From Acidobacteriaceae bacterium (GTDB lineage Bacteria > Acidobacteriota > Terriglobia > Bryobacterales > Bryobacteraceae), in assembly GCA_019244055.1 (NCBI GenBank), contig JAFATG010000082.1:8885-72884 (forward strand): 64,000 bases of DNA. The letters are read 5' to 3'. Numbering within the stretch: position 1 is the stretch's first letter; the number at the start of each line of letters is the position of its first letter. The notes under the pieces are model-generated. The model saw only the letters and a program-made list of their open reading frames with translations. It was not told the DNA's origin and did not search any database. This document shows, piece by piece, positions 8,364 to 16,677 of this stretch. The position numbers and the translations under genes are program-made.

Positions 8364-10439
8364 TCAGGGCGCGAGCACGAAGGCAACAGCAGCAGAGGCG
8401 TCGTATTGACTTTGGCGGCCCCAACCGTTGTTCGCCGTCGCAGCTACGTAGAGGTATTCGGAAAATGCGGCTATCGTGCACGTTCCGAGCAGCGTTGCAG
8501 CAGCGCTGCTCATTGGTGATGATGCGCTCACCACAGGTCCGCTGACCGTCGGCGGGGTTAACACGTTGACACCCTTGATCAACTCAAACGTATACGTCGC
8601 GAACCCCTCCGGTTGGCTGGCCGTGAACGCCATGGTAACGGGTTTCGCGGTCGCCCCGGTATAGTGAAGCAAACCGCAGTTCGGGTCGGCGCTTGCGCCG
8701 TTAAGAGTCGGGCTCTGGAGCGCTGCCACACAGGGATTATTGTCTACGTAAATAGTCAGCGGCGTGCTGCTCTCAACGATGGTTCCGGTGCCATTGACGA
8801 AATCGATGCTAATCGTGTGCAAACCGGTCGAGAGATTGGTCGAATTCAGCAGACTGCCGAGCGTCGGATTCATCCAAAGGAACAATTCGCTGATCGGATG
8901 AACCGGATAATAACCAGGCTGGCCGGCAACGATCACCGGAGCCGTCGTTTGCGACACATATTGGGTGCCGTTCCATTTCTCGTCTGTCCAGGTGTCCATG
9001 CGGACGACTCCGTCTACCTTAATGCGGTAATACGACGCGGCGTCGTTTGCCGCCCTTTGGTAGTTGATCATGATCGGCAGCGTACCGCCGAAGGGAGTAT
9101 TCTTCACCTGATAGAAGTAACTCGGATCCACGGTCGTGTCCGCGAGGCCCGCTGCGGTCACCTTGTCAAACGGAATAAACCCAATACCCATCAGCAAAGG
9201 TCCAGCCGCCTGGAACGGACTCAGGTTGATGGCCTCAATCATTTGGTCGCAGCACACCAACATCAACCCTTGGTTTGCCAGTGTGACACTGGACGGGCGG
9301 AACGCAACCCCACTTACCACTTGCGATGTCTTCGTCGACAGTGAAATGCGTGTCACGCGATTCGCCGGGTCGCGCTCTGTTACAAACAGCGAAGTATAAC
9401 CGTCATCGGCCCAGGTGAGATCGAAGGGCGCCGTCAAGCCGTTTACAACCAACTGGCGCGCACCGTCGCTCAGGCGAAAACGGCTTACCCGACCCTTATC
9501 TGGCCCAGTAGTCTGTTCGCTGATATAGGCGTACTGTAAATCGGGGCTAAGGGCCAGCCCAACCGCAAAATTCAGGTTCGACAGAATCGCGGTTTTAGTG
9601 TTCGATACCAGATCGATCCGCCATAGGTTGCCGGTTACCGCGTACTCGACGACATACGCGGCGTTGTGAGCCTCATCCAGTGCGATTTGCTGCGGGGCAG
9701 TCATCCCCGAGGCAATTACAGTCGCCGCGCTGCGATTTGCGTTCGCAAGGCTAACACGCACCAGGTCGCCGGAGCGCTCGGTAATGTAGGCGTGGGAGTT
9801 GTCTCTACTGATTTTCACGTCTTCTGGGTTCGTATATCCCGTGCCGAGCACTGAATAGCCGGACGCCAGTTTGTAAGTCACCCACTGAATTTGAAGGTCA
9901 TAGCCGTAGGTCGTTACTTTGACTTTGGCAAAATTGCCTTGCGTCGTACGCACGGCAAAGACGTCTCCTGCCACCAGCTTGTTAGAAGGATCGTTATTGC
10001 CCGGGATCGGTGTCTTCGCAAAGGGCAGAAATTCCAGATTATTAGCCGTAACGGAGGCGAAATCAACCACGCCGAGATTCAGAATGCTCGCGTTGTTCTG
10101 GGGAACCATCTGGCGCTTGACGGCGGTTTCCTGGTCCCACCAGATGTCCGTGTCCCCTCCCGTACCGCCTTCCACGCCGGTATCAAGATCAAAGGTGAAC
10201 GTTCCTTTGAGCGTAGCGGAGCCAGACGAAATAATCGTGGAAGGACTGTAGAGGTTCAGGGCAGATAGCTTGCCGCTGCTATATTCGACAAATACGAGCT
10301 GGTTTTGGCTCTTCCGAAAGTCTGAACCGATGGCGCCGGCGAGGCCAGTCTGTAGTTCGACCGGACTTGGGGCGGAGCTGCTGACGATGGCGGCGACTTT
10401 GGAAATCTCCTCAATCGGCATCTCGACGATGTTGGGCAT
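8364..10439 (-). CDS. Multidomain hypothetical protein: N-terminal beta-sandwich-like region, central beta-propeller, C-terminal Ig-like beta domains; no signal peptide
   Basis: The start is chosen at ATG 10439 (MPNIVEMPIEE), preceded by AAGGAGAG. The track start at 10466 lies further upstream. Blade-like units recur: SHAYITERSGDLVRVSL, AAYVVEYAVTGNLWRIDL, QYAYISEQTTGPDKGRVSRFRL, SLFVTERDPANRVTRISL. The C-terminal third is rich in beta-type T/S/V/G runs. The N-terminus is not hydrophobic. Confidence 0.7.
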   Translation of the reverse strand: MPNIVEMPIEEISKVAAIVSSSAPSPVELQTGLAGAIGSDFRKSQNQLVFVEYSSGKLSALNLYSPSTIISSGSATLKGTFTFDLDTGVEGGTGGDTDIWWDQETAVKRQMVPQNNASILNLGVVDFASVTANNLEFLPFAKTPIPGNNDPSNKLVAGDVFAVRTTQGNFAKVKVTTYGYDLQIQWVTYKLASGYSVLGTGYTNPEDVKISRDNSHAYITERSGDLVRVSLANANRSAATVIASGMTAPQQIALDEAHNAAYVVEYAVTGNLWRIDLVSNTKTAILSNLNFAVGLALSPDLQYAYISEQTTGPDKGRVSRFRLSDGARQLVVNGLTAPFDLTWADDGYTSLFVTERDPANRVTRISLSTKTSQVVSGVAFRPSSVTLANQGLMLVCCDQMIEAINLSPFQAAGPLLMGIGFIPFDKVTAAGLADTTVDPSYFYQVKNTPFGGTLPIMINYQRAANDAASYYRIKVDGVVRMDTWTDEKWNGTQYVSQTTAPVIVAGQPGYYPVHPISELFLWMNPTLGSLLNSTNLSTGLHTISIDFVNGTGTIVESSTPLTIYVDNNPCVAALQSPTLNGASADPNCGLLHYTGATAKPVTMAFTASQPEGFATYTFELIKGVNVLTPPTVSGPVVSASSPMSSAAATLLGTCTIAAFSEYLYVAATANNGWGRQSQYDASAAVAFVLAP

Positions 10440-10839
10440 AACTCTCCTTGGTGAAATAACGCACATTGTCCTTGGCGGACGTTTGCGCGACGCTAATAAT
10501 GTGAGGAGTTACCGCCCAGCGTTGCAAGAAAAGATACGAATTCTTTCAGAATTACGTCGCTGTTCAATATCCTGCTTGTCGTGATGGCGGATCTTGATGC
10601 GGATAGCATCTGTCATTGCTTCCCATAGCCGATGTAGGGTTAGGAGAGAGCGTGAAAATCTCTATGTCGTTGCGATTGCGTTCACCGCATTCTCGGCGAT
10701 GTTCGGTGATTGCGGCAAATTCGCCGAACTCTCGGTGGTTCGTAAGCCAAGCTGAGATAACCCAAATCTTAAACGTGCGCAGAATGTTCTCGAGTCCGGT
10801 AACGGCAAACGCCGGCTCAGGAGCGATTGTCAGTTGCGC

Positions 10840-12585
10840 CTAGCGACAGCTGGAGGCGAACGTCAGGGAATCAGTAGCATGGGCATTCACCCATTGAATA
10901 ACTTCAGTAGTTGTGGTCAGCTCTTTCTTCAGCAAGGCCAAGAGCAGGTCTGCAGTGATGACGCTATTGAATTCCCGGTCATAGGATACTGGGCTTTTCT
11001 GATTCGGTAATTTCAAAAGGAAAGGGACATACGGTTGCTGCCGCATTTGCGAGAAATACGCAACCTCCTCGCTACGGAGGTCTACATCCGGGCCTGCAAA
11101 TTGCCATGCTGCCACCCGATACGGATGGTCGGACGATACCAGAATTGCGGAGCGATCCCACTCACCGGACTGTTCTAGCACTCGCCGTATTTGCCCGAGC
11201 ACCATATCGGAGAGCTGCAGGTTGTCGATGTAATTGGAATTTCCGGTGGTAACAAACACCCCACGACGCGCGTCCCATATCCCCGGCGGATGGGGGATGG
11301 GGAGGTGAATCAAAACAAGGTTCAGATGCGGGTCCCGCAGCATCCGGTAACCATTCGCCAGGACAGTGCGCAGCGCCGAAATATCATGGCTGCAGTACTC
11401 CTGCAATGCGTCTGATTCCGCATCTATTCCGAAGATGTTTCGGGCGCCCGGCACATGTCGAGCCTGGCGATCGATGAGAGATTCGGCCTTTTGCCAGAAA
11501 GATATGGGCTGGAGATACCTCTTCCACGTGTACCAGGGATTCTCTACCCAAGCACAGTCATTCAAATCCTGGGCAATAAGGCGGCAGTATGGGTGATGCC
11601 ATCCGCTGAGGCCAGTGTTAAACCCAGCTTCCCTAGCGCGACTGAAGACGTTCGCATGAGAGCTGAAACGTTGCCAGTGCGAACACGCGGCCGTTTTGAA
11701 TAGCAATTCTCTCGTCTGTTGGTTGAACTCTGTGATTTGTACCCCCAGAAGTAGCGAGTTCATCGAAGGGGTAGTGTTACGATTCGGGGTTATCACGCGA
11801 GCTCCGAAGATCGCCTGGTTCTTCAATCTGTTGAATTCCCTTAGGTTGATTCTCTGAGGTGGCGCCTCGAACGCCATTCTCATGTCCATTTCATCGAAAA
11901 TGATCCAGATCACTCGCGGAGTGTCGGCCTTCGCGGTCAGCATCGGAGCGGGGGAATGATCTCGGAACAGCGGAGCACCAATACTCTCATACCTGATGAC
12001 CGCATTGGCCATCAAAAGCGGAAAGAGCGGAAACAGGACAACGAAAACGGCTGACCCAACCCTCGCAAGCCGATTAGGTAACTCGCGCAGAAATCGCTTA
12101 GGTGATCGGCGGAAATGCTGCGCAAGCGACCAGAGAAGAAGAATCCCAGCCACTGCGGCGATGATCAGCTTACAAATGAACAGAGTCGTAAAAATTACCC
12201 GATCCATCATGTAATCGGTTATCGACCGCTGAAGTTGATATAGCGCGAACATCGAAAAAAACGCGATTACACCCGCCGCGGTCCACTTCAGCGGGGCGCG
12301 TTGCGCTCTGCGAGCACGGAAAGATGCGAACAGGACGACCCCGACTGCGCTGATGTCCAGAATCAGGGCGCCAACAAGATCGAAGCCTGGAGGTTGCGCC
12401 TCGTAGTACCTGAACGTATCGTCTCCAGCTAAATTCAGCACCTCCAGCCAGATAAACAGGAAGCACAGGTTGGCAATGGAAAGGCTTAGGGCTAAATCCT
12501 TTAAGACCGCCTTCTTTTCAGAAGATAGAGCCAACGGGTGTCTTTGAGCGGATGCTTCTCCATCAACATGAAATGTTCCTGGCAT
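10840..12585 (-). CDS. Membrane-anchored alkaline-phosphatase-superfamily enzyme (sulfatase / LtaS / phosphoethanolamine-transferase-like)
   Basis: About 5 N-terminal TM helices are followed by a soluble domain carrying VIWIIFDEMD (acidic metal ligands), NRNTTPSMNSLL (Thr nucleophile context TxPS) and ILVSSDHPYR (DH metal ligands). ATG 12585 overlaps the upstream gene by 85 nt. The alternative start TTG 12534 overlaps it by 34 nt. Confidence 0.75.
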   Translation of the reverse strand: MPGTFHVDGEASAQRHPLALSSEKKAVLKDLALSLSIANLCFLFIWLEVLNLAGDDTFRYYEAQPPGFDLVGALILDISAVGVVLFASFRARRAQRAPLKWTAAGVIAFFSMFALYQLQRSITDYMMDRVIFTTLFICKLIIAAVAGILLLWSLAQHFRRSPKRFLRELPNRLARVGSAVFVVLFPLFPLLMANAVIRYESIGAPLFRDHSPAPMLTAKADTPRVIWIIFDEMDMRMAFEAPPQRINLREFNRLKNQAIFGARVITPNRNTTPSMNSLLLGVQITEFNQQTRELLFKTAACSHWQRFSSHANVFSRAREAGFNTGLSGWHHPYCRLIAQDLNDCAWVENPWYTWKRYLQPISFWQKAESLIDRQARHVPGARNIFGIDAESDALQEYCSHDISALRTVLANGYRMLRDPHLNLVLIHLPIPHPPGIWDARRGVFVTTGNSNYIDNLQLSDMVLGQIRRVLEQSGEWDRSAILVSSDHPYRVAAWQFAGPDVDLRSEEVAYFSQMRQQPYVPFLLKLPNQKSPVSYDREFNSVITADLLLALLKKELTTTTEVIQWVNAHATDSLTFASSCR

Positions 12586-13952
12586 GCGCCTTCAAAACCC
12601 TCCTGGGAAAAATCAGCGTGCAAGGATTCGCGACCTCGCGTCAGTCTTTGAAACAAACGGTCGTCCTTTGAAACGTACTCAATAACCAAATAGCCAGTGG
12701 TCAGTTCTGCACAGACTTCAAGAATTTCGCGAAGCGGTATTCTTTCGGTAACTAACAGATGGTGCAGAACCGCTAGCATCAGGACCATATCGAAAGATCC
12801 CGCCGCGCGATCGAGAAATGAGGGGTATTCGCTGTTTCGCCAACCCATCGCTGGCGTGGGCCGAGCTAGATTGACCACCAGTGGAAGGATGTCGAGATCT
12901 GCAGCGTTAGCGCGGCACCATGTTTGTCCCACCACTACTGGATCCAGATCTATCGCGACGACCTTTGCTCCGCCACGCGCCGCAATTTCGCTGAAGTGTC
13001 CCGTGTTACAGCCGACGTCCAACACTGTCTGAGCTTTGGCATCGGCGACCCACTTTCTGACCAACTCAGATTTCGAGTCGAATTCCTGCGATGAGTAGCT
13101 GAACTCTTTCGGATACGATGACCAAGCCGATGTCCGCTCCTCGTGAGGTTTTACGGTCTCCAACAGCTTGCGTGCTTGACGAAAGCGTATTTCAAGCACG
13201 AAATTCGCTTTCTCGGGGGACCCACTGTGGTCAGGTGCGTATAGCTTCTTGTCATCTGGATCAACTCGCTTCGCGAGCCACGTGGGGAGCGAAACGGTGC
13301 TGAGGAAGGGCGGCCGCATCCGCTGAAACCAGGTGAGCCGGCAATAGAGGTCCTCTGGCTTAAGTCCCTCGGCGGAGGAAAGGAAGATCTCGTCACCCCG
13401 CGTGCTGAGCTGCTTTGCCGATAGTAGCGGTAAGACGAGCGTCCGTACGAACTGGGCATAGGGCAACCACCGAGAATCGTTGGGATCGCGTTTTTCGAAC
13501 GACAGGACGTCTACAAAAACGGGTTTGGGCCCACGAAACAGTACGTTAAAGGGCGTCGCATCCTTCAGGCTGAATCCCTCTTTGAGAGCGGAGGCAGCCA
13601 CATCGACCGTTAGGCGGGCGGCCGCGTACAGCATCTCGGGCGGCCATTCGTACGCAAAGGACCGAAACCACACGCGCTCGTGTTCCAGCAGAGCGCAAGG
13701 ACCATTGCGGGAATCGCTCTCCAATTCACGCACAAACTCCCGCCCCTCGGCATCTTCAGGCACCACTGGCCAAGTTTTTATGAGTTTGCCTGATTCACTG
13801 AAAGCCTGTGCGGTTTTTGACACCAGGAACTCGCGAATCATCGGAAAAGCTGTAGGAGAAACTGCTCGGAAGACTCGCGACCCGGTGACGAATAAATTAC
13901 CGTCCGGATCCCGAAAAGACGTCCGGGGACGAGCGCGTTCCGCCGTTATCAA
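12501..13952 (-). CDS. Two-domain class I SAM-dependent methyltransferase (about 300-aa N-terminal domain of unknown function plus C-terminal MTase)
   Basis: The C-terminal part carries motif I VLDVGCNTGHFS, post-I VVAIDLD, and FDMVLMLAVLHHL. The N-terminal domain begins FRDPDGNLFVTGSRVFRAV. The start is TTG 13952, immediately after the stop of the upstream micropeptide ORF. Confidence 0.8.
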   Translation of the reverse strand: MITAERARPRTSFRDPDGNLFVTGSRVFRAVSPTAFPMIREFLVSKTAQAFSESGKLIKTWPVVPEDAEGREFVRELESDSRNGPCALLEHERVWFRSFAYEWPPEMLYAAARLTVDVAASALKEGFSLKDATPFNVLFRGPKPVFVDVLSFEKRDPNDSRWLPYAQFVRTLVLPLLSAKQLSTRGDEIFLSSAEGLKPEDLYCRLTWFQRMRPPFLSTVSLPTWLAKRVDPDDKKLYAPDHSGSPEKANFVLEIRFRQARKLLETVKPHEERTSAWSSYPKEFSYSSQEFDSKSELVRKWVADAKAQTVLDVGCNTGHFSEIAARGGAKVVAIDLDPVVVGQTWCRANAADLDILPLVVNLARPTPAMGWRNSEYPSFLDRAAGSFDMVLMLAVLHHLLVTERIPLREILEVCAELTTGYLVIEYVSKDDRLFQRLTRGRESLHADFSQEGFEGACQEHFMLMEKHPLKDTRWLYLLKRRRS

Positions 13953-14090
13953 CTAATCGTCCCGCTTTCGACGTCGGATTTTCCACATGAAACGCCGGAT
14001 ATAGAACAAGGTTCCAAGAGCTGCGGCAGTTATTGTTTGCCACAGTAAAGCACCAGAACCAGGATCAATGTAGGCAAGAATTGCCAGCAT
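13953..14090 (-). CDS. Unannotated 45-aa single-TM micropeptide (MLAILAYIDPGSGALLWQTITAAALGTLFYIRRFMWKIRRRKRDD)
   Basis: Too short for the ORF track, so found by hand. ATG 14090 is preceded by GGGAGGTG at 8-nt spacing. The peptide has a hydrophobic core and a basic tail. Its stop codon TAG (13953-13955) abuts the TTG start (13952) of the methyltransferase. Confidence 0.55.
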   Translation of the reverse strand: MLAILAYIDPGSGALLWQTITAAALGTLFYIRRFMWKIRRRKRDD

Positions 14091-14261
14091 GTGACATTCA
14101 CCTCCCGTAAACAGACCCGTTACAGTTTCGTAAAAAGTTTTAGAACGCGCAAGGGGTACTGGTACTAGGCCTGCAGTTTTTACCTGCTCGGAAGTACGGC
14201 CGTGTCCAAACGGTAACTGCGGGTGAGATGAAAAGGTCCGCCCTATGGGATGGCGAATGAT

Positions 14262-14825
14262 TTATTTGTCCGGAGACCACGCTGGCATGCCATTCTTGGC
14301 TTCATTTGCCATATATCCGACGAATTGTTCCAAAATTACATTGCCTTTGTAATTTGTTTCCTGGTGAATGCCTACTGATGTCGTGTAATAGGTGAAGGCG
14401 GTTGTCTGCTTGAGCTGGGTGAAAAACTTCTCCGGTTCGGTCTGGGGATTTTCCTCATTGTTGCAAATCTTTTTCATCAACTCAATTTGCTTTTCTTTGC
14501 CAACGTCCAAGAATGGCTGATCGAACATTGTCTGCGATAACCGGCCAATAGAGGCCAGTCCTTTGCGCCACGAATCCTTTTCTTCGGCGCGAAATTCTTC
14601 GGCGACGCTCTTATCGATGTAAGCCGCAACACCCGCCTCGTGCGCTCCCGGAGAATGGTCGTCGGTCGGAATGATGAGATCCGTCATGGTATCGAGCATG
14701 GCGAATTCGTCCTTTGTGAAAAAGAGAGGTGCGCCGGGTTCGGCTGCGGGCAGTTGGAGCGTGCTAGTCCACGCTGCCGCAACGACAAGCTTCATCAAAT
14801 CTCGTCGATTTAGATTCGCGTCCAT
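14262..14825 (-). CDS. Gluconate 2-dehydrogenase subunit 3 family protein (Tat-signal small subunit)
   Basis: Carries the Tat motif NRRDLMKLVVAAA and the family signature FFTKDEFAMLDTMTDLIIPTDDHSPGAHEAGVAAYIDKSV. Its start overlaps the GMC gene stop by 1 nt (TGATG). Confidence 0.8.
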   Translation of the reverse strand: MDANLNRRDLMKLVVAAAWTSTLQLPAAEPGAPLFFTKDEFAMLDTMTDLIIPTDDHSPGAHEAGVAAYIDKSVAEEFRAEEKDSWRKGLASIGRLSQTMFDQPFLDVGKEKQIELMKKICNNEENPQTEPEKFFTQLKQTTAFTYYTTSVGIHQETNYKGNVILEQFVGYMANEAKNGMPAWSPDK

Positions 14826-16615
14826 CAGATCTCTCCTTTCTGGAGCTGGTCTGCCAGGTGATCACAGGAACGCCAGCAGAGCGCCATGATCGTCCAGGTA
14901 GGATTCTGGGCAGAGGCGGTGACGTGCGTACTACCGTCGACCACGAATAGATTATTCACGTCATGCGACTGCTGAAATTGATTCACAACGGAGGTTTTCG
15001 AGTCGTTCCCCATGCGGGAGGTGCCGAGCTCGTGAATGGACCAGCCCTCAGGCAGCATCTTATCGCTTGAGGAGAGGATCTCAAACTTGGCCGCTTCGAA
15101 CATTTCACGCGCGGTCTTCGCCATGTCCTCGCACATCTTCTTTTCGTTCTCGGCAAACCTGTAATTGAAGCGAAGCACAGGTATGCCCCAAGCATCTTTC
15201 AGTTCGGGATCGATCTCAACCTGATTTTCATAGCGGGCAAGCACCTCGCCGAAACCTCCCATGGAGATCGTTGCGCCCGCGTACTCGCGAACGTGTTTCT
15301 TGTACTCTTCGCCGAAACCAGGCGAGTCGAAAGCCGAACCCGGAACCATACCGCAGCCGCCACTGCCTTCGAAGCCATAGCCTCGTATGAAATCTTTCTG
15401 CTTCGTTTCCAGATTCCGGAACCGCGGGACATAGAACCCACCGGGCTTCCCATCATCCAACGTCCGCTGCTTTCCAACGAGTTCGGGCATGAAGCCGTTG
15501 ATGGATGGGCCCATCACGTGTTCGCAAAAATTGTGACCGACATGCCCGCTCGAATTCGCTATCCCATTTGGATACAGGCTCGATTTGGAAAGCAACAGCA
15601 AACGTGCCGATTCAAGCGTAGAGGCCGCCAAGAGGACTGTCCTGGCCTTGACTTGGTAGCTCTTCTTCGTATCGCTATCGAGAAACGATACGCCAGTTGC
15701 TTTCCCCGTGTTCTTATCGACGGTGACTTCGTAAACCGTGGAGTTCGGGCGCAGCGTGAGATTGCCGGTGTCCATAGCAGGCCGGATCAGGCCGTTGGTC
15801 GAATCGAACGCTGCGTGAATATCGCAACCGCCCACATGGCGGTCGCATGCACCGCGGCCGTAGCAATGGCTCCGGTACTTGTTGTGCTTGAGCGTGTCAG
15901 TCGCTACTCCCGCCCGATAGGGCGTAAGACACCGTCCCATGCCTTCCAATGTCTTGCGCAAGTAAAGTTCCGAATAATTCAGCTTGAGGGGACGCATAAA
16001 CTTCCCATCAGGCAATTGCGGCAGACCTTCCGGAAAGCCAGATACCCCGAGATAGAGATCTACCTTGTCGTAATATGGAGCCAGGTCTGCGTACGATATC
16101 GGCCAGTTCTCACCCCAACCGTCGTGATCCTTGGCCTTGAAATCGTAGTCGGAGAGCCGCAGCGCCAAACGGCCCCAGATGTTCGTCTTCCCGCCGACCA
16201 CACGTGAGCGCACCCACGCGTACCTGGTGCCTGAATATGGATTCTCCTTCTCATCCACAACGAGCGTCTTGCTGTAATCTGATCCGCCCCACTCTTGAAC
16301 GTAGGACGTCACTTTCTTGTAGGGCGAGTTTTGCGCGTACGGTGACTTCCGAAATGTATATTCGTTCCTGTTAAGCGCATGGTAATCCGACGGCATCTTT
16401 CCCCGGCGAGGATGATCGTACGGCCACTCCATTGAATGGAGAATTTTACTTGTGTCCTGATACTTGCCGGCTTCGAGCAGCAGCACCTTGAGACCGTGGG
16501 ACGTGAGGACGTGGGCCGCCATTCCGCCGGCCGCGCCGGAGCCCACGACCACCGCGTCGTACGTCTGATTTAGATCCACTTCCGGATTGTTTGTGATTGG
16601 GAATTGAAGGAGCAT
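14825..16615 (-). CDS. GMC-family FAD-dependent oxidoreductase (large subunit)
   Basis: Contains the N-terminal Rossmann motif YDAVVVGSGAAGGMAAHVL and the C-terminal GMC signature HELGTSRMG...NLFVVDGSTHVTASAQNPTWTIMAL. It has no signal peptide of its own. Confidence 0.88.
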   Translation of the reverse strand: MLLQFPITNNPEVDLNQTYDAVVVGSGAAGGMAAHVLTSHGLKVLLLEAGKYQDTSKILHSMEWPYDHPRRGKMPSDYHALNRNEYTFRKSPYAQNSPYKKVTSYVQEWGGSDYSKTLVVDEKENPYSGTRYAWVRSRVVGGKTNIWGRLALRLSDYDFKAKDHDGWGENWPISYADLAPYYDKVDLYLGVSGFPEGLPQLPDGKFMRPLKLNYSELYLRKTLEGMGRCLTPYRAGVATDTLKHNKYRSHCYGRGACDRHVGGCDIHAAFDSTNGLIRPAMDTGNLTLRPNSTVYEVTVDKNTGKATGVSFLDSDTKKSYQVKARTVLLAASTLESARLLLLSKSSLYPNGIANSSGHVGHNFCEHVMGPSINGFMPELVGKQRTLDDGKPGGFYVPRFRNLETKQKDFIRGYGFEGSGGCGMVPGSAFDSPGFGEEYKKHVREYAGATISMGGFGEVLARYENQVEIDPELKDAWGIPVLRFNYRFAENEKKMCEDMAKTAREMFEAAKFEILSSSDKMLPEGWSIHELGTSRMGNDSKTSVVNQFQQSHDVNNLFVVDGSTHVTASAQNPTWTIMALCWRSCDHLADQLQKGEI

Positions 16616-16677
16616 CCGCTTGTCCTAACAATTGAAATTGTATGCCCGCGGTGCCGGGAGCCTTTCACGGTGTCCAG

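Noticed and set aside
10440-10839. A 400-bp spacer containing an approximately 90-codon open minus-strand frame (…LENILRTFKIWVISAWLTNHREFGEFAAITEHRRECG…) directly after the transferase stop.
   Set aside because: The frame has no ATG, GTG or TTG start before its last third, no SD, and no recognisable motif. It is treated as non-coding, probably the promoter or 5' UTR of the propeller gene. It could be a gene remnant, but I cannot support that.
8176-14260. The idea that tRNA-Val marks a classical integrated genomic island covering the propeller gene and the micropeptide/methyltransferase/transferase operon.
   Set aside because: I found no integrase, recombinase or transposase gene, and no direct repeat of the tRNA 3' end (ttcgagttctctagggccc) in the candidate boundaries 10440-10839 or 14091-14261. 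The propeller gene has ordinary GC by spot count. Only the lower GC of 10840-14100 remains, and the neighbouring subunit-3 gene is also AT-richer in places.
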